Shown piece by piece: positions 8,522 through 18,831 of a stretch of DNA of 64,000 nt. Made by a program: the position numbers and the translations under genes. The stretch's first letter is position 1. Each line of letters begins with the position of its first letter. The notes under the pieces were generated by a model. The model did no database searches and was not told where the DNA came from. It was given only the letters and a program-made list of their open reading frames with translations. Origin of the DNA: an uncultured Pseudomonadales bacterium (lineage in GTDB: Bacteria > Patescibacteriota > Microgenomatia > UBA1400 > UBA1396); NCBI GenBank assembly GCA_964603945.1, contig CAZRWP010000005.1, positions 432 through 64,431 on the forward strand. The letters are read 5' to 3'.

Positions 8522-9713
8522 GGTTTTGCTCCTCCTAATTGGTCTGACCTCTTTACTGGGCCAATGGCAAAGACTATCAACACCTATTGGCTTGATCAGT
8601 CTGCATGAAATACTTTTGCTTGCCCTGGTTGTATTTAGTTTGTACCGGCATCGATCTGCTTGGTTGGACATGCTCAAACATCCAGCTGTTTGGCTTGTCA
8701 TAGCTTGGGTCGGCTGGCTATTGCTGATCACTATTATCAACTCGCAGATTACTGATAACTTTCAGTTGTTACAAGTTGGATTGGCATACTGGCTAAGATT
8801 AGTTTTATATGCCCTAAGCTGGTTTTCCTTAGGCGCTTATCTTAAGATAAATCCGGATCGCCGCAGAATAGTTCTTAATGGCTTAATGGCTTGGCTCGCG
8901 GTACAGTTGCTCTTTGGACTGGGTCAGTATTTGCTTCTGCCTGATACCCGTCAGTTAGTGTATTTAGGTTGGGACGACCATTTAAGTCGAGCGATGGGAA
9001 CGTTACTTGATCCCGGTTTTTTTGGCTTGCTGATGGTGTTTGGTGCCGTCCTTAGTTTTGACCGCTACTTAGAGAGTGCCAAACTCCAGAAACTCATCTT
9101 CAGCTGGTGGCCGATTTTATTTGCCGGCTTTGTTTTAGGCTTAGCCTTGTCATTTTCTCGAGCTTCTTACATAGCATATATTTCAGCTTTCTTGATTTAC
9201 GCGTTTTTAAAGCGCCAGCGAATCATCTGGCTAACTTTGCCGCTCTTAATAATGGCCATACTGCTGATTCCTAAAGATGGCGGGGGAGAGGGGCAAAAAT
9301 TACTGAGAACTAACAGTATTGAGGCGCGCACCGAAGTATTGAGTTACCACACCCAGGATTTTAGTGGCCTGAATTGGCTAATCGGCCGAGGCTGGTACTA
9401 CGAAGGCTCACTTCAGCTTCATCGCCAAGCCCTATCAGAAGAAAAAACGGAGTTCACCGCCACGAGTCACGCCCGCGCGGTTGATAATACTTATCTGCAC
9501 ATCTTATTCTCAGCCGGCATACCTGGATTATTCTTGTTTGGATTGATCTTAATGACCCTGGCTTGGAAACTGAGATTAGCGCCAACCGCCGAAGCTATTT
9601 TAGGCGCGGTAATAATCCACAGTTTATTTAGTACCGCCTTGCTATACCCTTGGGTTTGGCTAATTGGTGGCGGAGTAGTGGTTTTAAGTTTGACTCAGCT
9701 TGATCAAAAATAA
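8499..9713 (+). CDS. O-antigen ligase/polymerase family (Wzy_C domain) membrane protein
   Basis: Polytopic membrane protein with a Wzy_C-like core (LALSFSRASYIAYISAFLIY) and a large periplasmic loop. ATG is chosen at MKNITL; the longest ORF begins at 8481. Confidence 0.6.
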   Translation: MKNITLTEVLLLLIGLTSLLGQWQRLSTPIGLISLHEILLLALVVFSLYRHRSAWLDMLKHPAVWLVIAWVGWLLLITIINSQITDNFQLLQVGLAYWLRLVLYALSWFSLGAYLKINPDRRRIVLNGLMAWLAVQLLFGLGQYLLLPDTRQLVYLGWDDHLSRAMGTLLDPGFFGLLMVFGAVLSFDRYLESAKLQKLIFSWWPILFAGFVLGLALSFSRASYIAYISAFLIYAFLKRQRIIWLTLPLLIMAILLIPKDGGGEGQKLLRTNSIEARTEVLSYHTQDFSGLNWLIGRGWYYEGSLQLHRQALSEEKTEFTATSHARAVDNTYLHILFSAGIPGLFLFGLILMTLAWKLRLAPTAEAILGAVIIHSLFSTALLYPWVWLIGGGVVVLSLTQLDQK

Positions 9714-9716
9714 AGT

Positions 9717-10529
9717 TTACTTATTCCCCTCTTTACTGCTGAACAGCCAAGTGCCCAGAGCAAATGAAATCAAGCCTAAAATCATAAAGATGGTGGCGTC
9801 GTACCAGATTGGATTGGAAACTACCAGGTCAAATTCTGGCCGTCCCATGAATAAAATGTTTCGCATTAGGTCAACGCCGTAATAAAGCGGATTGATGGAC
9901 TTTAAAATGTTCAAAATTAACGGCAGATTGTTGACCGGTGTAAAGGCGCCGCTTAAGAAAATCAGCGGAAAGACCAAAAATGGAAAGATTCTCTGAGCGC
10001 TTTCGGGTGTATCCAGGCGACTGGCGACTAATATTCCCATACTACCACCCACAAAGCTGGCTAAAATAATAATCGGTAAGGCGCTGAAGATTGTTGTTAG
10101 CGGAAAACTCACATTGACCAAAAAACCAAACAACATCAATCCAAGCACCTGAGCTAGGCCAACAAAACTTTCACCTAAGATTTTGCCTAAAATAATTGAA
10201 GCGCGGCTGATCGGCGAGACAAAAATGCCCATGGAAAAGTCCTTCTCGCGGTCAGTTATCAAAGACACAATGCCCATAAAACTGCTCTGGAAGATCGTCT
10301 GCAGAATTAAACCGGAAAATACATAATCCACGTAACTAAAACCGAGTTGCTGTGCTCCGATACCGGCGTCCAAGGTCACGGCAAAAATGCCTAAAAAGAC
10401 AATCGGAAAGATAAAAGTGCCGACAATTCTGCCCTTGTCACGCAAAAACTTTAACAGATCCCGCGTGGCCAGCATTAAAATATTGTTGAGCTCCCGCCGC
10501 CAATTCATGTTAAATATTTTCCAAGTCAT
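9717..10529 (-). CDS. ABC-2 type transporter permease
   Basis: About 6 TM helices of the ABC-2 family. Immediately downstream of the ATPase in the same orientation. Confidence 0.7.
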   Translation of the reverse strand: MTWKIFNMNWRRELNNILMLATRDLLKFLRDKGRIVGTFIFPIVFLGIFAVTLDAGIGAQQLGFSYVDYVFSGLILQTIFQSSFMGIVSLITDREKDFSMGIFVSPISRASIILGKILGESFVGLAQVLGLMLFGFLVNVSFPLTTIFSALPIIILASFVGGSMGILVASRLDTPESAQRIFPFLVFPLIFLSGAFTPVNNLPLILNILKSINPLYYGVDLMRNILFMGRPEFDLVVSNPIWYDATIFMILGLISFALGTWLFSSKEGNK

Positions 10530-10547
10530 GTTGATTCCAATTCATAT

Positions 10548-11504
10548 TTAATCCATTTTCCGTCCGGTGAGGTGAATAAAAACGTCATCCAGCGATGGCT
10601 GGCGAATGTTAATTTCTTGTATATCTGATTTAAGCTGAGCAATGATTTTTTGCGCCGGCAATTTGGCTGTCTCAATAATAAACATCTGATTGCGGCCAAC
10701 TTGGTACTCAATCTTCATTTTTTCCAACTCTTTTTTTAACTGACTGGGCTTTGTCGGCTGAAGGTACAAAAGCTCTTGGCCTATCTGCTTTTTTAACTTG
10801 TCTGGCGTGTCGGTCACCAGAATTTCGCCATGATCAATAATACTGAGACGGTCACAAACCTCGGCTTCTTCCAGGTATTGGGTGGTCAAAAACATGGTAA
10901 AGTTCTTTTCTTTTTGCAAGTCAATTAAATAATCCCAGATAGCGCGTCGGCTTTGCGGATCCAAACCGGTCGTTGGTTCGTCTAAAAACAGGATTTGCGG
11001 AATATGGAACAAGGCCTTAGCAATGTCGACGCGGCGGCGCATGCCGCCGCTCAGCTTCTTGACCACTTGGTGCTTGGTTTGCGGCAAGCCTACCAGCTCC
11101 AGCACCTCATCAAGCCGGCGCTTATACTTGTCTGACATCAGCGAATACAGCGGAGCATAATCGGCTTGGCCGTACAGCACGGCGTGAGATCGGAGATTTT
11201 CCTCAACCGTCAACTTTTCATCCAAGGAAACCTTTTGGTAAACAACTCCAATTGTGGCGCGAACTTTATCTGGATCATCATTAACATTAAAACCATTGAC
11301 AATCGCCTGACCAGAAGTTGGAAATAAAGACGTTACTAAAACGCTGATGGTTGTACTCTTACCAGCGCCATTTGGGCCCAAAAAACCAAAGATCTCGCCA
11401 CGCTTCACCTGTAAATCAATTCCGTCAACCGCGTTCTCCGGCTCACCGTGATAACGCTTGACTAAATCTTTTACATCAATGGCCAAATGAGACTTATTTT
11501 TCAT
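10548..11504 (-). CDS. ABC transporter ATP-binding protein (DrrA/ABC-2 exporter type)
   Basis: Walker A GPNGAGKST, signature LSGGMRRR, Walker B ILFLDEP, plus a C-terminal accessory domain. Confidence 0.85.
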   Translation of the reverse strand: MKNKSHLAIDVKDLVKRYHGEPENAVDGIDLQVKRGEIFGFLGPNGAGKSTTISVLVTSLFPTSGQAIVNGFNVNDDPDKVRATIGVVYQKVSLDEKLTVEENLRSHAVLYGQADYAPLYSLMSDKYKRRLDEVLELVGLPQTKHQVVKKLSGGMRRRVDIAKALFHIPQILFLDEPTTGLDPQSRRAIWDYLIDLQKEKNFTMFLTTQYLEEAEVCDRLSIIDHGEILVTDTPDKLKKQIGQELLYLQPTKPSQLKKELEKMKIEYQVGRNQMFIIETAKLPAQKIIAQLKSDIQEINIRQPSLDDVFIHLTGRKMD

Positions 11505-11544
11505 TTAGTTATTTCTATTAAGAGGATTTAGGCTCAATTCTATC

Positions 11545-13119
11545 TTATCTTGTTTTACTTACCATGGTCTTGTTTTCACGACTGGTAAAGTGACGGCCAT
11601 ATAAAAATAGAATTTCCCAGACCAGCTGAGTTAAATCTTTGACAAACCGCGTCGAATCTTCTGGGCTTAAATACTCAAATCTAAAAAAGCTATAGACCAG
11701 TTTATCTCTATTTAAAGCTGTTTTCCTGATTTTGCTTGAGAGGGCAATCGGTTCATTATTTACAACTTGAGTAATGATCCCAGGTGCCATAGATCCATTA
11801 GACTCTGATAACTGAGAATATCCATGGAGCAAATTAAAGACATTCAGCACCTGGGTGGGGTGGACGACTTGCTTTTGGGAAAAAGATCTGTGACCCGGTG
11901 TTGAGAGCACTTTTTGTTGGACGGCTTGCGAAAAATCAATTTGGTTTAGCTGATGGGCAGGAATTAAAAGTTGCACTTTAAACAGATCATCGGTTAAATC
12001 TAACCAGGTTTGAATTCTTTTTTTTAATTCAGAAAATTCAAATGGAATAACCCCACCCACTTTGTCTATCGAATCAATAAATTCCATTAATAGTTGTCTG
12101 GCATTTCTGATTTCCTTGGGTTGGCCGCGGTTATGGTTGAAAACAAGCTGTCTAGGCAGAGAACTACTGGCATGTAACCATGCTTGCTCAGATGTGCCTG
12201 GTCGAGTATGAAATTGAATAAACGGCTTAACAATAAATTCCTCTAATTGGTCTAGTTTGTCATCAAATTTCTTCAATAATTCCTTACTAAATTCAGCTTT
12301 AGTTAGTTCGCGTTCTGAATCAACCAATTCAGTTGTGAATCTTAGATGAGATGAATGTTTTGGTTTTTTCGAGGCAATTTTTCCCCAATCTTTAACTTTA
12401 AACCACGGATTATCCCACCTCATTCTTTGTTGAGCTAACTTTGGTAGATTTTTTAGGGGGTATTCATGATCTTCTGCCTCAAGTGGTTCTAAACTGAATT
12501 TATAGCCTAAGGCATGCAAAATATTTAAACTGAGCTGAGTTATTTGTTTAGCCAATTCGACATTATCATCACTGGATAAATTATTTATTGACATTTGGCT
12601 GAGAATACTCTGAATTTCTTGATCAACCCTGTTTAATCGAGATTGCCAATAGAAATCTGAGTTCTGCAATATATGAAATAACGCTAATAGTTCAGGCAAT
12701 ATACTGGCAATTAAGGTTGTGTTGTCAAGATAAGCTCGGTTTGGAACGCGGTCAGAATCCGAGTCACTTAAGGGCATCTTGACATACTTTTTCAACTGAA
12801 GAACAAACCAGTTAAACAACTTCTGTTGCGAAGGAGAAAATTCTGTGTAGTGAGCTTCCGTAATTAGTGAATTGCTTAAATTGTACCCATGATCCATTAT
12901 ATTTGGCGCCCTATTTGCTTTAGCAGTTTCTGGTTCTGGTCGTTTCTTTTCTTTAATTTCGCGATCAATGCTTTCAAAATTAAATGGGGGAACGAAATTA
13001 GTGAGATCATCATTTGCTGTCTGAGCTCTTAGTTCAATAACTGAGTCTTGAAATGCCTGGAAATTACCAGAACCATTTCTGGATCTTCCACTTCGTTCAA
13101 TGTCAAAGCTTCTTTTCAT
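11545..13119 (-). CDS. Hypothetical 524-aa protein, first gene of the ABC exporter operon
   Basis: Long ORF with no TM segment, signal peptide or known motif. N-terminus is basic; coiled-coil-like stretches are present. Confidence 0.5.
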   Translation of the reverse strand: MKRSFDIERSGRSRNGSGNFQAFQDSVIELRAQTANDDLTNFVPPFNFESIDREIKEKKRPEPETAKANRAPNIMDHGYNLSNSLITEAHYTEFSPSQQKLFNWFVLQLKKYVKMPLSDSDSDRVPNRAYLDNTTLIASILPELLALFHILQNSDFYWQSRLNRVDQEIQSILSQMSINNLSSDDNVELAKQITQLSLNILHALGYKFSLEPLEAEDHEYPLKNLPKLAQQRMRWDNPWFKVKDWGKIASKKPKHSSHLRFTTELVDSERELTKAEFSKELLKKFDDKLDQLEEFIVKPFIQFHTRPGTSEQAWLHASSSLPRQLVFNHNRGQPKEIRNARQLLMEFIDSIDKVGGVIPFEFSELKKRIQTWLDLTDDLFKVQLLIPAHQLNQIDFSQAVQQKVLSTPGHRSFSQKQVVHPTQVLNVFNLLHGYSQLSESNGSMAPGIITQVVNNEPIALSSKIRKTALNRDKLVYSFFRFEYLSPEDSTRFVKDLTQLVWEILFLYGRHFTSRENKTMVSKTR

Positions 13120-13317
13120 AGAATCTAAATTAATAGTTAGTTATTATTAAAAATAAATAGTATTTATCCTAAATAAAACCCGAGTCTAGCCTGCCTTGGT
13201 AAAGAAAATGTAAGAAATCCCGACAACAAAATTTTCAATAAATAAATCAGCTTAAAAAAGTAAAAGCCGTCACATTGTATTGGATCAGAAACAAAAATAT
13301 CATAAAAGTATGAAAAG

Positions 13318-13390
13318 TGAGCCCGGCTGGGATCGAACCAGCGACGCGCAGCTTAAAAGGCTGCCGCTCTAACCACTGAGCTACGGGCCC
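13318..13390 (-). tRNA. tRNA-Lys (anticodon UUU)
   Basis: Reverse complement GGGCCCGUAGCUCAGUGGUUAGAGCG-GCAGC-CUUUUAA-GCUGC-...GGUUCGAUCC...CGGGCUCA gives a clean cloverleaf. Confidence 0.85.
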
Positions 13391-13584
13391 GAGAACCTCT
13401 GAATTGTAACACAAGACGCCTCTAAAATAATCAATTAATTGGTCATAGTTCAATTGAATTTTGAACAATTTAACTACTAAAAACTGTAACCTTACGGCTT
13501 TCTTGCCCATTTCTTTTGATGTTATATCGCAAAATTATCATGATAATCTCTCGTACAAAAAATGAATTAGGACAAATCCGAAAT

Positions 13585-14787
13585 ATGAAAATAGCTCAAA
13601 TTGCTCCTATTATCGAAAGAGTTCCTCCCAAAAAATATGGTGGCACCGAGAGAGTGGTCTACACCTTAACAGAAAATTTGCTCAAAAGAGGTCATGAGGT
13701 AACACTATTTGCCTCTGGCGACTCACTCACTTCTGGCACATTACAAAGCATTATTCCACGTTCCATGCGTGAATTAGGCATTAGAGATCTCTATGGCTTA
13801 AATGAGTGGCCACTGATGAACTTGGGTCAAGCCTATAAGATGCAATCGGAATTTGACTTGATTCATGATCATCACCACTACATCAGCTTGCCGACTTCTC
13901 ATCTGGCCCAAAAACCAGTGATTATGACTTTACACGGTCCCGTTACCGTCAATCAAAAAAAGATGTTCACCATGTTCAACAATCCGTATGTGGTGACAAT
14001 TTCTCAGGCGCAACTGCCAAATCCAGGCCAAATTAACCATGCTGGTGTGATTCATAATGGCTTAGACATGGAAAATTACCCCTTTAGCGCTGAGCATGAG
14101 GGATATTTGTTATTTGTAGGTCGAATGTCAGAGGAGAAAGGTGTGCATGTGGCAATTGAAGTTGCTCGCACCCTGGGTTTGCCACTGATCATTGCAGCTA
14201 AACTGGACAGAATTGACCGCCGACACTTTGAAGAAAAAGTTGAGCCCTATCTCAATGACAATCAAATTAAGTGGGTGGGTGAAGTGGATGAGCATCAGCG
14301 AAATGATTTAATGAGTAAAGCTATGTGCTTACTACATCCTATTTCCTTTAGAGAACCGTTTGGTTTAAACATGATAGAAGCCATGGCTTGTGGCTGTCCG
14401 GTTATAGCTTTCAGGCGTGGTTCAATTCCGGAAATTATTGAAGATGGTAAAACTGGTTTTATTGTTGAGGATACAGTTGAGATGATTGAGAAGGTAGATG
14501 AGATAGAAATAATTGACCGAGCTTATTGCCGTGAGCACTCGCTTGCCAACTTCAATGCCGATAAAATGACCGATGCTTATGAAGAAGTATATCGCCAAGT
14601 ACTTGAGGCTGATAAACAACCTCTGGACCAAATCATTCCAGATTCAATCCAAACAAATGACCAGATCGCCAGCCAAACAAACACCAGGCTAAACAAAACA
14701 TCAAATAATGGTCAATCTTTAGCGCGCAAGCAGAAATTAATCACCAATCCAGAGGTGCTCTTCTCGGATAAATTTTTAAAGACTTAG
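13585..14787 (+). CDS. Glycosyltransferase family 1 (GT4-type)
   Basis: GT-B C-terminal signature EPFGLNMIEAMACGCPVIAFRRGSIPEIIEDGKTGFIV. Start taken at MKIAQIAPII. Confidence 0.75.
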   Translation: MKIAQIAPIIERVPPKKYGGTERVVYTLTENLLKRGHEVTLFASGDSLTSGTLQSIIPRSMRELGIRDLYGLNEWPLMNLGQAYKMQSEFDLIHDHHHYISLPTSHLAQKPVIMTLHGPVTVNQKKMFTMFNNPYVVTISQAQLPNPGQINHAGVIHNGLDMENYPFSAEHEGYLLFVGRMSEEKGVHVAIEVARTLGLPLIIAAKLDRIDRRHFEEKVEPYLNDNQIKWVGEVDEHQRNDLMSKAMCLLHPISFREPFGLNMIEAMACGCPVIAFRRGSIPEIIEDGKTGFIVEDTVEMIEKVDEIEIIDRAYCREHSLANFNADKMTDAYEEVYRQVLEADKQPLDQIIPDSIQTNDQIASQTNTRLNKTSNNGQSLARKQKLITNPEVLFSDKFLKT

Positions 14788-14853
14788 TATAGAAATTTGC
14801 ATTTAATAGCCGTACTTGTTGAGATCAGCATTTCTTGTCATAATGAGCGAAGA

Positions 14854-16035
14854 ATGCCCGAAACTGATTCTCCTTTAGCGATGTTGTTGAGACCTCTATC
14901 TCTAGATGATGTGGTTGGACAACAGCACTTGATTGGTCCTGGCAAGCCACTTCGCCAACTAATTGACCAAAAACAATTATTTTCCATGCTGTTTTGGGGT
15001 CCGCCTGGAGTTGGAAAAACTACTTTAGCGCGCATCTTGGCAAAAGCCACCGAACGAGAATTTTACGAGCTTTCCGCAGTGGCCGCTAGCAAAGGTGATG
15101 TCCGAGATGTTATCAATTTGGCTAATCAGGGTCAGAAATTACTTACCCAATCTCATCGGGCACCAGTTTTGTTTTTGGATGAAATTCACCGATTTAATAA
15201 GGCTCAACAGGATTACTTACTGCCTCATGTCGAAAAAGGGACGATTATTTTAATTGGTGCCACCACGGAAAATCCTTCGTTTGAGGTAATAGCACCACTT
15301 TTGTCTCGCTTGAGAGTATTTGTGCTGGAGGAGTTGTCACTTGATGATCTGCGAGAATTGGTTCTTAAAGCTGCCAAAGAATTAAAAACCACCATAAAAA
15401 AAGCCGCGGTAGATGAAGCCATTCGTTTAGCCAATGGCGATGCCCGCGCTGTGCTGACCTTAATTGATAACTGCTGGCAAACATATCATTCAATTACGAT
15501 TGAAAATCTGAAGAATTTGGGCGATACCGGATTGCGTTACGACAAACAAGGTGACCAGCATTTTGATACTATCAGCGCGCTAATTAAAAGCATGCGCGCC
15601 AGCAACATCGATGCCGCCTTATATTATTTAGCTCGTTTAGTTGAGGGCGGAGAAGACCTCAAATTTATTGCTCGCCGCTTGGTTATTTTTGCCAGCGAAG
15701 ATATAGGGTTAGCGCAACCGACCGCTTTAGTGGTGGCCAATGCGGTTTTTGAAGCGGTGAATAAAGTTGGTTATCCAGAAGCGCAAATCAATTTAGCCCA
15801 TGGTGTTGCCTATTTAGCTCAAGCCAAGAAAAATCGGAGCGCCTACAATGCCTATTTTGCCGCTTTAGCCGATGTTAAGGCGACTGGAAACCTGCCCATA
15901 CCAAAACTATTGCGTAACGCACCAACCAAATTAATGGAAGAACTTGGCTATGGTGAGGGCTACGAGATGTATAGCCAGCAGGATTTATTGCCGGCCCAGC
16001 TTAAAGGCAAAAAGTATTACTCAGATCGAGATTGA
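14854..16035 (+). CDS. rarA: Replication-associated recombination protein A (RarA/MgsA AAA+ ATPase)
   Basis: Walker A GPPGVGKTTLARILA, Walker B LFLDEIHRFNK, then the MgsA helical and tetramerisation C-terminus. Confidence 0.8.
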   Translation: MPETDSPLAMLLRPLSLDDVVGQQHLIGPGKPLRQLIDQKQLFSMLFWGPPGVGKTTLARILAKATEREFYELSAVAASKGDVRDVINLANQGQKLLTQSHRAPVLFLDEIHRFNKAQQDYLLPHVEKGTIILIGATTENPSFEVIAPLLSRLRVFVLEELSLDDLRELVLKAAKELKTTIKKAAVDEAIRLANGDARAVLTLIDNCWQTYHSITIENLKNLGDTGLRYDKQGDQHFDTISALIKSMRASNIDAALYYLARLVEGGEDLKFIARRLVIFASEDIGLAQPTALVVANAVFEAVNKVGYPEAQINLAHGVAYLAQAKKNRSAYNAYFAALADVKATGNLPIPKLLRNAPTKLMEELGYGEGYEMYSQQDLLPAQLKGKKYYSDRD

Positions 16036-16116
16036 TTACTACATGATACGACTAATATTTACTATTGCTAATTGTTATAGCTGACTCTTGATTCAAGCGT
16101 TCCTTCAGTATAGGCT

Positions 16117-16758
16117 ATGGTCATGTCGGTGACCTCACGGTGGCCAGTTTTAGCAGTTCTAATTTGTAGCTCGGTTTTGCTGTCCGCTTGCTATTCAACT
16201 CAGTCAAATAATGCTCAAGAATTTCCATCTACACCATCGGAACTCCAAAATTCCAAGCCGGATGGTAATGAGGCCGGTTCGGTTTCCACCGATATCGATT
16301 TGACTCCTCAAAACACACAAGTCCCTATGCCCGACCAAAATATTCAGCAATATCCCGTACAAAATAATAATCAAGCACAGGAGAATCCTATGGACCTACC
16401 AACATCTAATGACCCAAACGCCAATAACCCGCTGCCGCCCTTTATCGAGGAGCTTAAAGTTGAGACAGTCCAGCCTGGAACCGGTGGCATTGTGGCGGCC
16501 GGCGACACTGTCAAGGCGCAGTATAAAGGCCAGTTGACTAACGGTTCGGTTTTTGACCAGGGAACTTTTAGTTTTGAGGTAGGTGCTGGACGTGTAATTC
16601 AAGGTTGGGATCAAGGTTTTGTTGGTTTGCAAGAAGGTGGTCAGTACCGCTTGCTGATACCAGCTGAACTTGGGTATGGCGCAAGCGGCGCAGGTGCTTC
16701 AATACCACCCAATGCTGATTTAGTCTTTGATGTAACGGTGATCGAAATACAAAAATAA
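16117..16758 (+). CDS. FKBP-type peptidyl-prolyl cis-trans isomerase, lipoprotein
   Basis: Lipobox LLSAC. C-terminal FKBP domain (GDTVKAQYKGQLTNGSVFDQ...GWDQGFVGLQEGGQYRLLIPAELGYG). Confidence 0.8.
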   Translation: MVMSVTSRWPVLAVLICSSVLLSACYSTQSNNAQEFPSTPSELQNSKPDGNEAGSVSTDIDLTPQNTQVPMPDQNIQQYPVQNNNQAQENPMDLPTSNDPNANNPLPPFIEELKVETVQPGTGGIVAAGDTVKAQYKGQLTNGSVFDQGTFSFEVGAGRVIQGWDQGFVGLQEGGQYRLLIPAELGYGASGAGASIPPNADLVFDVTVIEIQK

Positions 16759-16767
16759 AGGAGGCCT

Positions 16768-18018
16768 ATGGCAGCCATTAATAAAGTATTCGGGCGTCAG
16801 ATTCTTGACTCTCGAGGGAATCCAACGGTTGAAGTTGAGGTTACATTAAAGAATGGCTCTTTTGGTCGCGCTGCTATTCCATCTGGCGCTAGCACCGGTA
16901 GTCGCGAAGCATTGGAACTTCGTGATGGCAGTGACATTTACATGGGCAAATCAGTTAATCAGGCAGTCGCTAATGTTAATACAACTTTAAGTGAACTCGT
17001 TACAGGCAAAGAGTTAACGCAATCTAGTCTTGATATGGCAATGATTGAGGCTGACGGCACAGAATTCAAAAGCAAGTTAGGCGCTAATGCTATTCTAGGT
17101 GTTTCTTTGGCTTTTGCGGTTGCTCAAGCACAATCACTAAAATTACCGGTTTATCAATATATAGCAGATCTAATTGGTCAGACTCCTAGTTTGCCTCGAC
17201 CAATGCTTAATATTATGAATGGCGGTGCTCACGCCGACTGGGCGACAGATATCCAGGAATACATGATTTTGCCGATGGGTAACATTCCTTACGCTGAGAA
17301 AATTCGCAAGTCAGTTGAAGTATTTCATCATCTTGGCAAACTTTTAAAAGCCAAGGGTTATTCAACCAATGTTGGTAATGAAGGCGGATACGCTCCGGCA
17401 ATTAAAAGCAATGCTGAAGCTTTTGAACTAATATTGGCTGCTATTGCTAAAGCTGGCTACGCGATTGGTGAAGATAAAGATTTCTTGTTAGGAATCGATG
17501 CGGCGGCTACTGAGTTCTACCAGGATGGCCAGTATCACCTTAAGCGAGATAACTCAGTTAAGTCTCCGGACGAAATGATAGATTGGCTAGTCGAATTGAC
17601 CGAAAAATATCCTCTTTATTCGCTGGAAGATCCTTTGGCTGAAGCAGATTGGGAAGGTTGGCAGAAATTAACTGCCAGAATTGGCAAGGACCACCAAATT
17701 GTCGGCGATGATTTATTAGTAACAAATCCCAAATTTGTTGCTAAAGCCATTGAAGAAAATAGTTGCAATGCTGTTTTGATTAAATTAAATCAAATTGGTA
17801 CGCTTAGCGAGACCCTGGAAGCCATCAAAATGACGCAAGAGAATGGTTGGAAGGCTGTCTGTTCACACCGCAGTGGTGAAACAGAAGATGTTTTCTTGGC
17901 TCACTTGGCTGTCGGCACCAATTCTGGCCAGATTAAAACCGGCGCGCCGTCTCGCACCGACCGTACTTCAAAATACAATGAGCTTCTACGGATTGCCGAG
18001 CAAATTGAGAAGATTTAA
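16768..18018 (+). CDS. eno: Enolase (phosphopyruvate hydratase)
   Basis: Full-length enolase (ILDSRGNPTVEVEV, SHRSGETED, IKTGAPSRTDR) with RBS AAAGGAGG. Confidence 0.95.
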   Translation: MAAINKVFGRQILDSRGNPTVEVEVTLKNGSFGRAAIPSGASTGSREALELRDGSDIYMGKSVNQAVANVNTTLSELVTGKELTQSSLDMAMIEADGTEFKSKLGANAILGVSLAFAVAQAQSLKLPVYQYIADLIGQTPSLPRPMLNIMNGGAHADWATDIQEYMILPMGNIPYAEKIRKSVEVFHHLGKLLKAKGYSTNVGNEGGYAPAIKSNAEAFELILAAIAKAGYAIGEDKDFLLGIDAAATEFYQDGQYHLKRDNSVKSPDEMIDWLVELTEKYPLYSLEDPLAEADWEGWQKLTARIGKDHQIVGDDLLVTNPKFVAKAIEENSCNAVLIKLNQIGTLSETLEAIKMTQENGWKAVCSHRSGETEDVFLAHLAVGTNSGQIKTGAPSRTDRTSKYNELLRIAEQIEKI

Positions 18019-18051
18019 AAGTAAGAAATAACAAAAAATAAAGGAGTCAGC

Positions 18052-18660
18052 ATGGGCATTTTGGTCCTAGTTAGACATGGTGTTACAGAATGGAATCAAC
18101 AAAAACGCTTTACCGGGTTCACCGATGTTCCGTTGCCGGAAATAGGGCAGGAACAAGCCAAAAAAGTCGGTCAGCAGTTAAAAGAGTTGGGTTATGACAA
18201 ATTTGACGGTTTCTATACCTCCTGGTTGGCGCGATCCATCGAGACGCTTAAAATTATTTTAGCTGAATTAGGAATTCCAAATCAGGAATATACTCAGCAC
18301 CCATTTTTAAATGAGCGCCATTATGGTATTTTGCAGGGTTTGTTCCATCAGGAAATGCGCGAAAAATATGGTGAGGAACAAGTTCAAATCTGGCGCCGCA
18401 GTTATGCTACTAGACCACCAAACGGTGAATCACTCCGCGATGTAGTCGTCCGAACTCAGTTTTACTTAAATGATGAGATATTACCCCGCGTCAAAAATGG
18501 CGAAAATATTCTGGTCTGCGCCCACGGCAACTCCAATCGCGCCATGGTCAAACAACTGGAAAACATCTCTGACGACGATATTGTGAAGCGCGAAATCGCC
18601 TGGGATGAGCCGCTGATCTACGAGATTGACCAAGAGGGCGAGGTTAAACGGTTGCTATAG
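18052..18660 (+). CDS. gpmA: Phosphoglycerate mutase (histidine phosphatase superfamily)
   Basis: LVRHGVTEWNQQKRFTGFTDVPL catalytic RHG motif, and CAHGNSNRAM with the second His. Confidence 0.85.
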   Translation: MGILVLVRHGVTEWNQQKRFTGFTDVPLPEIGQEQAKKVGQQLKELGYDKFDGFYTSWLARSIETLKIILAELGIPNQEYTQHPFLNERHYGILQGLFHQEMREKYGEEQVQIWRRSYATRPPNGESLRDVVVRTQFYLNDEILPRVKNGENILVCAHGNSNRAMVKQLENISDDDIVKREIAWDEPLIYEIDQEGEVKRLL

Positions 18661-18831
18661 ATTGTATTGACAAGCTTTATTTTGATTAATATTGCTTGTT
18701 AAATTGTGGTGTAAACATAATTTATACTATGATTTTATTTAGCTGAATTTTTGTGTACCCAAACTTGCAGAAGGCATATATTTACGTGTAAAATCGTAAA
18801 AATGCCTGAAAAGGCAGAAGGGAGTGGCGGT

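Noticed and set aside
13247-13510. 87-aa minus-strand ORF
   Set aside because: It overlaps tRNA-Lys (13318-13390) and contains an AT-rich low-complexity sequence, so it is a spurious ORF.
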